Source: Candidatus Binatia bacterium (lineage in GTDB: Bacteria > Desulfobacterota > Binatia > UBA9968). Taken from it: 26,100 nucleotides of DNA. This document shows positions 6,353 through 16,882 of the stretch, piece after piece. The stretch's first letter is position 1. Every line of letters starts with the position of its first letter. The stretch covers positions 1 through 26,100 of the forward strand of contig DASSGE010000078.1 of the NCBI GenBank assembly GCA_035693605.1. The letters are read 5' to 3'. The notes beneath the pieces were generated by a model. It was not told where the DNA came from. It was given only the letters and a program-made list of their open reading frames with translations, and ran no database searches. The position numbers and the translations under genes were made by a program.

Positions 6353-7183
6353 TTACTTATTCTGTGGAATTTCCAAGGGCAGGTCGGCGCGGTCGCCCCA
6401 TTCTTTCCAGGAGCCAATGTAGTTGCGTACTTTCGGATAGCCGAGCAACCGCAGGGCGATGTAACTATGGGCAGCGCGGTAGCCGCCCTGGCAGTAGGAG
6501 TAGACTTCTTTATCCGGTGTGACGCCGGCGGCGCCGTATAAGGCTTGCAACTCTTCGTTCGATTTGAATTTGCCATCGGCGTCAAGGTTGTCGGTCCATT
6601 CGATGTGGATCGAGCGCGGGATCGCGCCGCCACGCGCGGCTCGAACCAGTGTGCCGAAATGTTCGCCCTCGCTACGCGTGTCGAGAATGGCCGCGTCTTT
6701 GTTGCCGAGCGCTTGCAAGACGTCGTCCGCCGTCGCCAGGACGTCGCGACGTTCCGCGCTTTTAAACGCTGCGGATTTGGGCACCGTCGCCTCGGTCGTC
6801 ACCGGCGCGCCGGCGGCCTTCCACGCTCGCATGCCACCGTCGAGCATTTTTACATGAGGATGACCGAAGAACTCCAAGAACCAAACACCGCGCGCCGCGC
6901 GCATGCCGGAGTTGTCTTCGTAGAAGACGACATCTTTGTTTTCACTAACGCCGCGCAACTCGAGCACATGATGGATCATGAACATGAAGGCCCTGAGCGG
7001 AGCGTCGGCAGTGTCGACCAGACTCAGGCCGAAGAGATCGAAGTGAGTAGCGCCGGGAATATGGCTTTTGGCGTAGTCTTCGGCTGGCCGGGTATCGATG
7101 ACGCAGAGATTGTCCGAGCCGAGCTTGTTCTGCAGTTGGTCGACTGTAATGAGCAACGTATCGCGTGTGTATTGCTTTTCCAT
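6353..7183 (-). CDS. Two-domain sulfurtransferase (rhodanese/SseA family)
   Basis: IDTRP..Y..SHIPGA, MLDGGMRAW, ILDTRS..E, GAIPRS..IEW, active-site loop YCQGGYRAA, C-terminal YIGSWKEWG; SD GGAG. Confidence 0.93.
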   Translation of the reverse strand: MEKQYTRDTLLITVDQLQNKLGSDNLCVIDTRPAEDYAKSHIPGATHFDLFGLSLVDTADAPLRAFMFMIHHVLELRGVSENKDVVFYEDNSGMRAARGVWFLEFFGHPHVKMLDGGMRAWKAAGAPVTTEATVPKSAAFKSAERRDVLATADDVLQALGNKDAAILDTRSEGEHFGTLVRAARGGAIPRSIHIEWTDNLDADGKFKSNEELQALYGAAGVTPDKEVYSYCQGGYRAAHSYIALRLLGYPKVRNYIGSWKEWGDRADLPLEIPQNK

Positions 7184-7222
7184 AGGCTCCCTATAACACT
7201 AGTCGAAATGGCACTGCAAATT

Positions 7223-8326
7223 ATGCCGGCGCGTAAGAATGTGCGCCGGCGATCGTTACTGACGCTCGGCCTGATCGCCTGCTGGTTATCGGCGGCGAGC
7301 TTCACCTATCAACTAGCCTTGCCAGGGCGAACATGGAGTTTCCCGGACGATCATTATTCTCATCCGGATTTTAAGACCGAGTGGTGGTATTACACCGGCC
7401 ATCTGGCGACGGAAAACGCCAAGCGCTACGGCTATCAGGTGACGTTCTTTCGCTTCGGCCTGCGCGATCGGCAGGCGCAAATGAAACAAACGCCGCTCTT
7501 CAGCGAGCTTTACATGGCCCATTTTGCCTTGTCTGATCTGACCGCCAAGAAGTTCGCTTTCCGCGAACGCATCAACCGCGGTTTCGCCGATAACGCGGGT
7601 GCTGCAACGGATCGTTTTCTGGTTTGGAATGGCGATTGGAAAATTCACGGGGACTCGAGCAATCACACGATTCAGGTTAATGATCGAGGCCGCCAGTTGA
7701 GACTGGCGCTGCGATCACTGAAAGGCCCGATCCTGCACGGCCAAAACGGCTTGAGCCGGAAGGGCGAAGGCGATGGGCGGGCGTCTTTTTATTACTCGCT
7801 GACGCGCATGCAAACCGAAGGTGAGCTGACCCTCGATGGCAAAACCGAAAAAGTTCGCGGCCTGACCTGGATGGACCATGAGTTCGGCAGTAACCAATTG
7901 CGTGAAGATCAGGTTGGCTGGGACTGGTTCAGCATCCAGCTCACCAACAACACCGAACTCATGCTCTACCTCATGCGCCGCAAAGACGGTTCGATCGATC
8001 CCTATTCTAGCGGCACATTGGTGGACGCGAATGGTGTAACGAAAAACCTTTCCAACAAAGATTTTCGCATCGAGGTCCTCGCACGTTGGACGAGTCCGAC
8101 TAGCCGGGCGAGTTACCCAATGAAGTGGAAAGTGACGATCCCTGCGGATTCCATTGAGTTGGAGATCTTGCCGGCATTTCCCGAGCAAGAACTGATTACC
8201 AACCGGAGTACGCGAGTAACTTATTGGGAAGGGGCGGTCGGCATCCGTGGATCAATGCGCGGCCTCGCGGTTGGCGGCAATGGTTATGTCGAAATGACCG
8301 GGTACGCGGGGAAGTTGACGATTTAA
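7223..8326 (+). CDS. AttH/lipocalin-like domain protein (family often auto-annotated as carotenoid 1,2-hydratase)
   Basis: Motifs FPDDH..HPDFKTEWWYYTG, GYQVTFFR, ASFYYSLTRM, WMDHEFGS, GWDWFSIQL, YWEGAV, GYVEMTGY; hydrophobic N-terminus RRRSLLTLGLIACW. Start uncertain (7208/7223/7241). Confidence 0.85.
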   Translation: MPARKNVRRRSLLTLGLIACWLSAASFTYQLALPGRTWSFPDDHYSHPDFKTEWWYYTGHLATENAKRYGYQVTFFRFGLRDRQAQMKQTPLFSELYMAHFALSDLTAKKFAFRERINRGFADNAGAATDRFLVWNGDWKIHGDSSNHTIQVNDRGRQLRLALRSLKGPILHGQNGLSRKGEGDGRASFYYSLTRMQTEGELTLDGKTEKVRGLTWMDHEFGSNQLREDQVGWDWFSIQLTNNTELMLYLMRRKDGSIDPYSSGTLVDANGVTKNLSNKDFRIEVLARWTSPTSRASYPMKWKVTIPADSIELEILPAFPEQELITNRSTRVTYWEGAVGIRGSMRGLAVGGNGYVEMTGYAGKLTI

Positions 8327-8332
8327 ACGCGA

Positions 8333-9757
8333 ATGAATGACCGCAGGGTTCGATTGCTCAATCAAATAAAGCAGCGAGATTTGCTGGCAGGCGGCGACCG
8401 TATTTTGGTGGGCGTGTCCGGCGGGCCAGATTCGGTATCGTTGTTGTGGTTATTGCGTGACTTGCAGAATGAGTATGATCTTCATCTTGAAGTGGCCCAT
8501 TTGCAACACGGAATTCGCGCGGAAGACGCCAAGGAGGATGCGCGATTTGTTGGCGCACTCGCTGAAAATCTCGGCTTGGCATTTCATCTTAGAGAAATCG
8601 ATTTACCGATGCTTCGCTGTCGCGCCGGCAAAGGCAATCTGGAAGAATTGGCGCGGCAGCACCGCTACCGATTTTTCTGCGAAATCGCGCAACGCCAGGG
8701 GCTCAATAAAATTGCCACAGCACATACCGAGGACGATCAAGCTGAGACCATGCTCATGTGGTTGATGCGCGGGGCCGGGCGGAAGGGGCTCGGGGGGATG
8801 AGCCCGGCGCAGTCCCTTGATTCGCAAAGTAATGGTTTGAATCGCGGGCCGCAGATTATTCGGCCGTTACTTGAAATATCCAAGGGAGAGCTTTTAGCTT
8901 ATCTTCACCAACGGCGATTTGAATATCGCGTCGATTCGACCAATCGCGACACTAGGCTTTTGCGCAATTGGATACGGTTGGAACTGCTACCGCAGCTGCG
9001 TAAGCGCATCGATGTCCGGGTTGGTGCACGGTTAGCCGCGCAGGCCGCGATGTTGCGCGATGAACAGGCAGTGCTTGAGCAGGTAGGCTATGCGGAACTG
9101 GAAAAATGCCAGGAGAATGACGGCCTTGATCGAGTTAAGCTTTTGCAACGGCCGGTAGCCTTACAGCGGCTGATTCTCCGCTTCTGGATCGAGCGACGGC
9201 GCGGTAATTTGCTCGGAGTCGGTTTCGCGCAAATTGAGGCCCTGCGCCGGCTGGCTATGACTGGCCCAGCTCAAGGGCGGTTCGCGGTCCCGGGTGGATG
9301 GGAGTTGCGCCGGCAATATAATTCGCTTTACTTGGTTAAGGGGCGGCGCGGGCTTAAGCCTATTGATTATTCTCATCTTTTAACCGTAGGTGAAACCTTG
9401 CAAATTCCCGAGGCCGATGTCGAATTGATCAGCCAAGCACTTACCGCGCCCGTCAGTAGTCCAGATGCGGGTATGGCAGAGGCGTGTTTCGACCTCGAAG
9501 CATTGCCGCAGCCGTTAATCGTGCGCAACTTTCGTCGCGGCGATCGTTTTGAACCCTTAGGCATGACGGGCCGGAAGAAGGTCAAAGATTTGTTCATCGA
9601 TCGGAAGGTCGCGCTGGCGGAGCGCGCGAGACTGCCACTGTTGACCGCGGGCGATAAGATTGTTTGGATTCCCGGCCATGGTCGTAGCCAGACCGCTTTG
9701 GTGACCGCCCAGAGTCGCGCCATCGTGCGAATTAGAGTAGTTCCGTTAGGTACTTAG
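8333..9757 (+). CDS. tilS: tRNA(Ile)-lysidine synthetase
   Basis: PP-loop GVSGGPDS, HLQHGIR, TAHTEDDQAET, RPLL, RNWIRLELLP and the TilS C-terminal RRGDRF..KKVKDLFIDRK..LPLL. Confidence 0.97.
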   Translation: MNDRRVRLLNQIKQRDLLAGGDRILVGVSGGPDSVSLLWLLRDLQNEYDLHLEVAHLQHGIRAEDAKEDARFVGALAENLGLAFHLREIDLPMLRCRAGKGNLEELARQHRYRFFCEIAQRQGLNKIATAHTEDDQAETMLMWLMRGAGRKGLGGMSPAQSLDSQSNGLNRGPQIIRPLLEISKGELLAYLHQRRFEYRVDSTNRDTRLLRNWIRLELLPQLRKRIDVRVGARLAAQAAMLRDEQAVLEQVGYAELEKCQENDGLDRVKLLQRPVALQRLILRFWIERRRGNLLGVGFAQIEALRRLAMTGPAQGRFAVPGGWELRRQYNSLYLVKGRRGLKPIDYSHLLTVGETLQIPEADVELISQALTAPVSSPDAGMAEACFDLEALPQPLIVRNFRRGDRFEPLGMTGRKKVKDLFIDRKVALAERARLPLLTAGDKIVWIPGHGRSQTALVTAQSRAIVRIRVVPLGT

Positions 9758-9771
9758 TTAAAAAACTCATA

Positions 9772-9800
9772 TTGATCGGCTAGCATGCGTGTGTTAGACT
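9772..9800 (+). promoter_or_regulatory. Candidate sigma70 promoter for ftsH with extended -10
   Basis: TTGATC (9772-9777), 17 nt, TAGACT (9795-9800), with TG one base upstream of the -10. Confidence 0.45.
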
Positions 9801-9831
9801 TTTGACTGTTGCAAAACTTGGGAGAACTCGT

Positions 9832-11667
<1,836 letters not shown>

Positions 11668-11679
11668 TAGGTTCATTCC

Positions 11680-11773
11680 GGGCGGCTGCGGTCGCCCAAA
11701 CTCCACCTATTCGATTAATCTGTGATTCGAGGGGCTCGATTAGCGAGCCGGCGAATTGGCTTTGCTGTTTTTT
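11680..11773 (+). terminator. Hairpin cluster after ftsH, possible weak terminator or stabiliser
   Basis: GGGCGGC-TGCG-GTCGCCC (11680-11697); GGCTCG-ATTAG-CGAGCC (11733-11749); T6 run at 11768-11773 is not directly adjacent to the stronger stems. Confidence 0.3.
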
Positions 11774-11826
11774 CGAAATCCGAATCTACCTTTTGTTAAT
11801 TCAGCGAGTCATTTTGGATTCGAGCC

Positions 11827-12753
11827 ATGTCGCCCCCCAGCAATGCCGCAGATCTGCATGCCACCGTGAGTCAATTCAATCCCTTGCTACCGACCGCCGG
11901 CCAAGCTAATCGCGAACTCAAAACGCGCCACGGCCGGATCGACTTTGCCCGCCGGACAGTGGTGATGGCGGTACTCAATGTCACTCCAGACTCGTTTTAC
12001 GATGGCGGTCGCCATTTCGACACGGTGCGGGCGATCGCCGATGGTCTTGCGCTGGCGCAAGCGGGCGCAGATGTCATCGACGTCGGCGGGGAATCTTCAC
12101 GACCCGGCGCTGAGCCGGTGTCGGAAGCCGCCGAATTAGCGCGCGTGATTCCGGTTATTGAAGGGCTGCGCCGCGTGTGCGGCGTGCCGATTTCCATCGA
12201 TAGCTGTAAAGCGCCGGTAGCGCGCGCGGCCCTCGATGCCGGCGCCGATATCGTCAACGACATCACTGCTCTGGGTTTTGATCCGGCGATGGCCGCGCTG
12301 GTCGCTAACGAGAAAGTTCCAGTGGTGTTAATGCATATGCGCGGCACGCCGCGGACCATGCAAGCCGATCCTCAGTACCATGACGTCGTGCGCGAGGTGA
12401 GAGACTTTCTCGCCGAACGTCTCTATGATGCCATGGATGCCGGCATCGATGCCGACTCCGTCATCCTCGATCCCGGCATCGGTTTCGGTAAGACCATCGA
12501 GCACAACATTCAACTGCTGCGCGGGCTCCCGGTCCTCGCCGCACTCGGTCAACCGCTACTTGTCGGCGTCTCGCGCAAAGCCTTTATCGGTAAGATACTC
12601 GGATTGACCGCGGACCAACGACTCGAGGGCAGTCTGGCCGCAGCCGTAGCCGCGGTCCTAGCCGGTGCGAATATAGTTCGCGTTCACGATGTCGCGGAAA
12701 CTTGCCGCGCGGTCCGGGTTGCCGATGCGCTGCGATTCGGTTTTGACGGGTAA
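11827..12753 (+). CDS. folP: Dihydropteroate synthase
   Basis: LNVTPDSFYDGG, DVGGESSRPG, SIDS, VNDI, LMHM, DPGIGFGK, GVSRK, RVHDV. Start uncertain. Confidence 0.97.
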   Translation: MSPPSNAADLHATVSQFNPLLPTAGQANRELKTRHGRIDFARRTVVMAVLNVTPDSFYDGGRHFDTVRAIADGLALAQAGADVIDVGGESSRPGAEPVSEAAELARVIPVIEGLRRVCGVPISIDSCKAPVARAALDAGADIVNDITALGFDPAMAALVANEKVPVVLMHMRGTPRTMQADPQYHDVVREVRDFLAERLYDAMDAGIDADSVILDPGIGFGKTIEHNIQLLRGLPVLAALGQPLLVGVSRKAFIGKILGLTADQRLEGSLAAAVAAVLAGANIVRVHDVAETCRAVRVADALRFGFDG

Positions 12754-12764
12754 CCGAGGCCGAC

Positions 12765-13523
12765 ATGCTTGAGCTGCTGCACCAAGTCCGCTGGCAAGAC
12801 GCACTCGACATCGGCATTATCACATTTTTAGTTTACCGGGCGCTGCAGATCGTGCGCGGCAGCCGGGCCATGCAGATGATCATAGGCTTGGCGGTTATTT
12901 TGGTCGCCTACGTTTCTTCCCGCATTCTCGGTCTTTTCACTCTCAACTGGATTCTCGACAACTTTTTGAGTTCGATCATTTTGGTGATCATCGTGATCTT
13001 TCAGAGCGATATCCGGCGCGCGCTTACGCAGGTCGGTACCGCGCCGTTATTCTCGACGCTGGAGCGATCCGAACAGCGCCGCGAGGATGTTGTCGAAGAA
13101 GTCGCTCAAGCGGTGATGTCGCTCGCCGGTAAACGCGTCGGTGCCCTAATAGTCTTTCAACGGGATGTCGGCTTAAGCGAATTCATGGAAATCGGCACAC
13201 GTCTCGACGCCTGGGTCAGCCGTGAGCTGTTGGAAAGCGTCTTTCTGCCCCATTCGCCGATTCATGATGGCGCCCTGGTAATTCAAAAAGGCCGGGTGAC
13301 CGCAGTGCGTTGTTTACTGCCGCTCAGCACCAATCCGCATTTGCGCAAGACCTGGGGCACGCGCCATCGCGCCGCTCTCGGCGTCACTGAGGAAACCGAT
13401 GCGGTGGCGATCGTGGTGTCCGAGCAAGAAGGCACGGTAGCGTTGGTTGTCGGTGGCAACGTAACTGAAAACATCGACGGCGCCAGACTGCGCTCAGCCT
13501 TGCGGGATTTGATCAAGACATGA
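12765..13523 (+). CDS. cdaA: Membrane-bound diadenylate cyclase CdaA/DacA
   Basis: Three N-terminal hydrophobic segments, IFQSDIRRAL, and DAC catalytic motifs HDGA and GTRHRAA. Confidence 0.96.
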   Translation: MLELLHQVRWQDALDIGIITFLVYRALQIVRGSRAMQMIIGLAVILVAYVSSRILGLFTLNWILDNFLSSIILVIIVIFQSDIRRALTQVGTAPLFSTLERSEQRREDVVEEVAQAVMSLAGKRVGALIVFQRDVGLSEFMEIGTRLDAWVSRELLESVFLPHSPIHDGALVIQKGRVTAVRCLLPLSTNPHLRKTWGTRHRAALGVTEETDAVAIVVSEQEGTVALVVGGNVTENIDGARLRSALRDLIKT

Positions 13524-14449
13524 AACAGCTTTGGGACAAGATCGTTGCCCTCGCCGGCAGTAATTTCGGTCTCAAGGCGTTGGCGTTGATCATCGCCGTC
13601 GGGCTCTGGCTCGCCGGCCACCGCGATATTGAGCGATCCATCGAAGTCCCGGTGGAATTTCGCAACATTCCCGGCGATCTTATGGTGATGGACAATCGCG
13701 TCGACTTCGTTGTACTGCGGGTTACCGGACCGCGCACTTTGGTCTCGACCATTGACGCCGACGAATTGAAATTGTTCTTGGATCTCACTGCCGTCAAGCC
13801 TGGCACGGTTAGCTATCCTTTAGGCGGCAGTTCCTTCAATATTCCACGCGGCGTCACGGTGGCGCGGATTACCCCGCCGGTGATCCATCTGCGCATGGAG
13901 CCGGTAATCAGGTTAACGCTGCCGGTCTCGGTTCGTCTCTCTGGCAAGCCGGCGGCAGGTTTCCGGATAGCGCAAACCACGGTGCAACCGCCCCGCGTAA
14001 CCGTGCGCGGCCCTGCCGAAGAGGTGCGTCGGCTCACTTCTGTGGAAACCGTACCGGTGGATCTCAACGAAACCCGCGGAGTTCCGAAGCGCCTGGTGCG
14101 GTTGGCAACCGACGGCAAGCCGCTGACGTTTTCATCCGATCAGGTCGAAGTAACTGTCACGCTCGAAGAAGAGCAGGCCAACCGCGATTTCAGCCAATTG
14201 GAGATTGGGACCAAGGATTATAAGGGAACCTACACGATCAGTCCCAAGACCATTTTTTTACGAGTTTCCGGTGCCAAAAATCTTATCGACAAGTTACAAT
14301 TGAATTCCACGAATGTATTTGTGAACTTACAGGGCTTGGCGGTCGGTGATCATAATCTGCCGCCGCAATTCGATTTGCCCAACGGCGTCAAAGTTGTCGA
14401 ACATAGACCGACGATGATACGAGTAAAGATAACTAAACCAGGGGCGTAA
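13520..14449 (+). CDS. cdaR: YbbR-repeat regulator of diadenylate cyclase
   Basis: 4-bp overlap with cdaA, N-terminal TM (KALALIIAVGLWL), three beta-rich YbbR-like repeats (V.V.GP motifs), position between cdaA and glmM. Confidence 0.88.
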   Translation: MKQLWDKIVALAGSNFGLKALALIIAVGLWLAGHRDIERSIEVPVEFRNIPGDLMVMDNRVDFVVLRVTGPRTLVSTIDADELKLFLDLTAVKPGTVSYPLGGSSFNIPRGVTVARITPPVIHLRMEPVIRLTLPVSVRLSGKPAAGFRIAQTTVQPPRVTVRGPAEEVRRLTSVETVPVDLNETRGVPKRLVRLATDGKPLTFSSDQVEVTVTLEEEQANRDFSQLEIGTKDYKGTYTISPKTIFLRVSGAKNLIDKLQLNSTNVFVNLQGLAVGDHNLPPQFDLPNGVKVVEHRPTMIRVKITKPGA

Positions 14450-14471
14450 GTAGGGCGGGAGCGCTATAACC

Positions 14472-15920
14472 ATGATTCAAACGCTTGTGAATGGTAACCA
14501 AGTCAAACGGCATCTTTTCGGCACCGATGGCGTGCGCGGAGTTGCCAATCAGGATCCCATGACGTCAGAGATGGCGCTCAAGCTAGGTCGAGCCATCGCG
14601 AAGGTTTTGCATGAATCTGAAAGGGATCTCCCGGGCCGCATGCCGTCACCGGCGTTTGCCCGGCGCAATGGCGAAACCGATAAACACCGGTTCAAGATTC
14701 TTATCGGCAAGGATACCCGTTTGTCTGGCTACATGCTGGAAACGGCGTTGGCCTCCGGCATCGTTTCCATGGGCGCCGACGTGTTGCTGGTCGGACCCTT
14801 ACCGACGCCTGGCGTTGCATTTCTCACCCGCAGTATGCGCGCTGACGCCGGTGTGGTGATTTCGGCGTCGCATAATCCGTATCAAGACAATGGAATCAAG
14901 TTTTTCTCATGGGACGGCTTCAAACTTCCCGACGAAGTCGAGGCACGGATGGAACAAATGATCTTTAGCGGTGAAACCGAACAGTCCCGTCCAACGGCTG
15001 CTGAGATCGGTAAAGCTGCGCGCATCCAAGATGCCGTCGGTCGCTATAATGTCTTTCTCAAGAACTGTTTCCCGCGCCATCTGACCCTGGAAGGATTGAA
15101 AATCGTCGTCGATTGCGGTCATGGGGCGGCGTATAAAGTTGTTCCTGAAGTGTTGGCCGAATTGGGCGCCGATGTTTTGGCGATTGGTGTCCAGCCTGAC
15201 GGTGAAAACATCAATCGCCGCTGCGGAGCGCTTTATCCCGAGACCGCCCGTGAAATGTTGTTGCATGAGGGAGCCGATTTCGCCGTTGCGTTGGACGGCG
15301 ACGCCGACCGCGCCGTGTTCGTCGACGACACCGGCGAGATTCTTGACGGTGACCAGGTGCTGGCGATCGCCGCTCTAGACATGCAAGAAAAAGGCATCCT
15401 GAAAGGCGATGGTGTGGTCGCTACCGTGATGAGCAATTTGGGTCTCGAGCTGGCGATGCAGCGCGCCGGCCTTCATGTCGTGCGCGCGCCAGTGGGCGAC
15501 CGCTACGTGGTTGAAAAAATGCTCGCAGGAAACTTCAATCTTGGCGGCGAACAGTCGGGCCATATTCTGTTTCTCGACCATAACAGCACCGGGGATGGCG
15601 CTATCACCTGTCTGCAGATGTTGGCTTTAATGGTCGAGAAGCGCAAACGATTGAGCGAACTCAAAACTGTGATGCGCCGACTGCCGCAGGTACTGCTCAA
15701 CGTTAAAGTTAAGGAAAGGAAAGATTTTGAACAGATGCCGAGGGTAAATCATACGATCGGCGAAATTGAGCGTAGCCTTGCCGGGAGTGGCCGGGTGCTG
15801 GTCCGCTACTCGGGCACCGAGCTCTTGGCCCGGGTGATGCTGGAAGGCGAGGACGAAAAAAAGATCCGTGCGATGGCCCAGAATATCGCCGAGGAGATTC
15901 GCGCCGAAGTGGGCAGGTAA
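14472..15920 (+). CDS. glmM: Phosphoglucosamine mutase
   Basis: [20 protein letters not shown], catalytic SASHNP, metal loop DGDADR, GGEQSGH, VRYSGTE. Confidence 0.97.
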   Translation: MIQTLVNGNQVKRHLFGTDGVRGVANQDPMTSEMALKLGRAIAKVLHESERDLPGRMPSPAFARRNGETDKHRFKILIGKDTRLSGYMLETALASGIVSMGADVLLVGPLPTPGVAFLTRSMRADAGVVISASHNPYQDNGIKFFSWDGFKLPDEVEARMEQMIFSGETEQSRPTAAEIGKAARIQDAVGRYNVFLKNCFPRHLTLEGLKIVVDCGHGAAYKVVPEVLAELGADVLAIGVQPDGENINRRCGALYPETAREMLLHEGADFAVALDGDADRAVFVDDTGEILDGDQVLAIAALDMQEKGILKGDGVVATVMSNLGLELAMQRAGLHVVRAPVGDRYVVEKMLAGNFNLGGEQSGHILFLDHNSTGDGAITCLQMLALMVEKRKRLSELKTVMRRLPQVLLNVKVKERKDFEQMPRVNHTIGEIERSLAGSGRVLVRYSGTELLARVMLEGEDEKKIRAMAQNIAEEIRAEVGR

Positions 15921-16074
15921 ACGAGGGGTGCGCGTTACCGCCAAAAAGACTCTCCTCACGACGGGCACGAAAATTACCAAGTTCGGGAGCGAACGCCGGA
16001 CGTGCCTTCGCTGTGATTGAATCCGTTTCACGTTCTGCGTCAGTTTACACAAATAACTGCAAGACTCACGAACT

Positions 16075-16800
16075 ATGATCCGCTTGGGTATCAACGTTGA
16101 CCATGTCGCCACGGTGCGCCAAGCGCGATTAGCCACGCTCCCTGATCCGGTGGAAGCCGCGCTGCTCGCCGAGAAAGCTGGTGCCAACGGTATCACCGTG
16201 CACTTGCGCGAAGATCGTCGTCATATTCAAGAGCACGATGTGAAGCGGTTGCTGGAGCGGCGCAAAACTAAGGTCAATCTGGAAATGGCGGTAACTCCGG
16301 CGATGGTGCGTTTCGCCGAGAAAATGGGGCCGCAGGACGCTTGCTTCGTCCCGGAGAAACGCCAGGAATTAACCACCGAGGGCGGACTCAACGTGATTGG
16401 GCTTCGGCGCAAAATTACCGACGCCGTCTCTACACTTCAGACACGCGGTATCCACGTCGCGCTGTTTATCGACCCTGTAAAAGAACAGATCGAGTGCGCC
16501 AAGGAAACCGGCGCTCATGGCATCGAGATTCACACCGGCGCCTACTGCAATGCGGCCGGCGAAAAGCGCGCACGTGAATTGCGAAAGATCGTCGCAGGCG
16601 CACAGTTAGCCAAGCGGTTCGGCCTGGAAGTCCACGGCGGCCATGGCCTCGATTATGAAAATGTCCAACCCGTAGCGAGTATTCCAGAAATCGTCGAACT
16701 CAATATTGGCCACAGCATCGTCGCCAGAGCAGTGATTGTCGGCATTCAACAAGCTGTGCGCGAAATGAAACAACTACTAAAACGCGCTCGTGGTCTGTGA
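16075..16800 (+). CDS. pdxJ: Pyridoxine 5'-phosphate synthase
   Basis: LGINVDHVAT, TVHLREDRRHI, PEKRQELTTEGGL, EIHTG, GHGL, ELNIGHS. Confidence 0.98.
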   Translation: MIRLGINVDHVATVRQARLATLPDPVEAALLAEKAGANGITVHLREDRRHIQEHDVKRLLERRKTKVNLEMAVTPAMVRFAEKMGPQDACFVPEKRQELTTEGGLNVIGLRRKITDAVSTLQTRGIHVALFIDPVKEQIECAKETGAHGIEIHTGAYCNAAGEKRARELRKIVAGAQLAKRFGLEVHGGHGLDYENVQPVASIPEIVELNIGHSIVARAVIVGIQQAVREMKQLLKRARGL

Positions 16801-16882
16801 TTTCAAAGAATTCCGTTTAGTTATCGTCCATGCGTTTGATGTCTTTCACGAATACGAGCCAGGATCCCGCTTCTAATTTCCC

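Noticed and set aside
6545-7207. N-terminal 221 aa of the 593-aa + strand ORF
   Set aside because: Lies antisense to the well-supported sulfurtransferase; the recognisable AttH-like sequence and signal region begin only after ~7208.
7223-8326. Gene symbol crtC / carotenoid pathway
   Set aside because: No other crt genes in the window; this broad lipocalin-like family is commonly over-annotated.
15921-16074. glmS ribozyme or other known riboswitch near glmM
   Set aside because: No AGCGCC...GACGAGG core or other aptamer consensus that I recognise.
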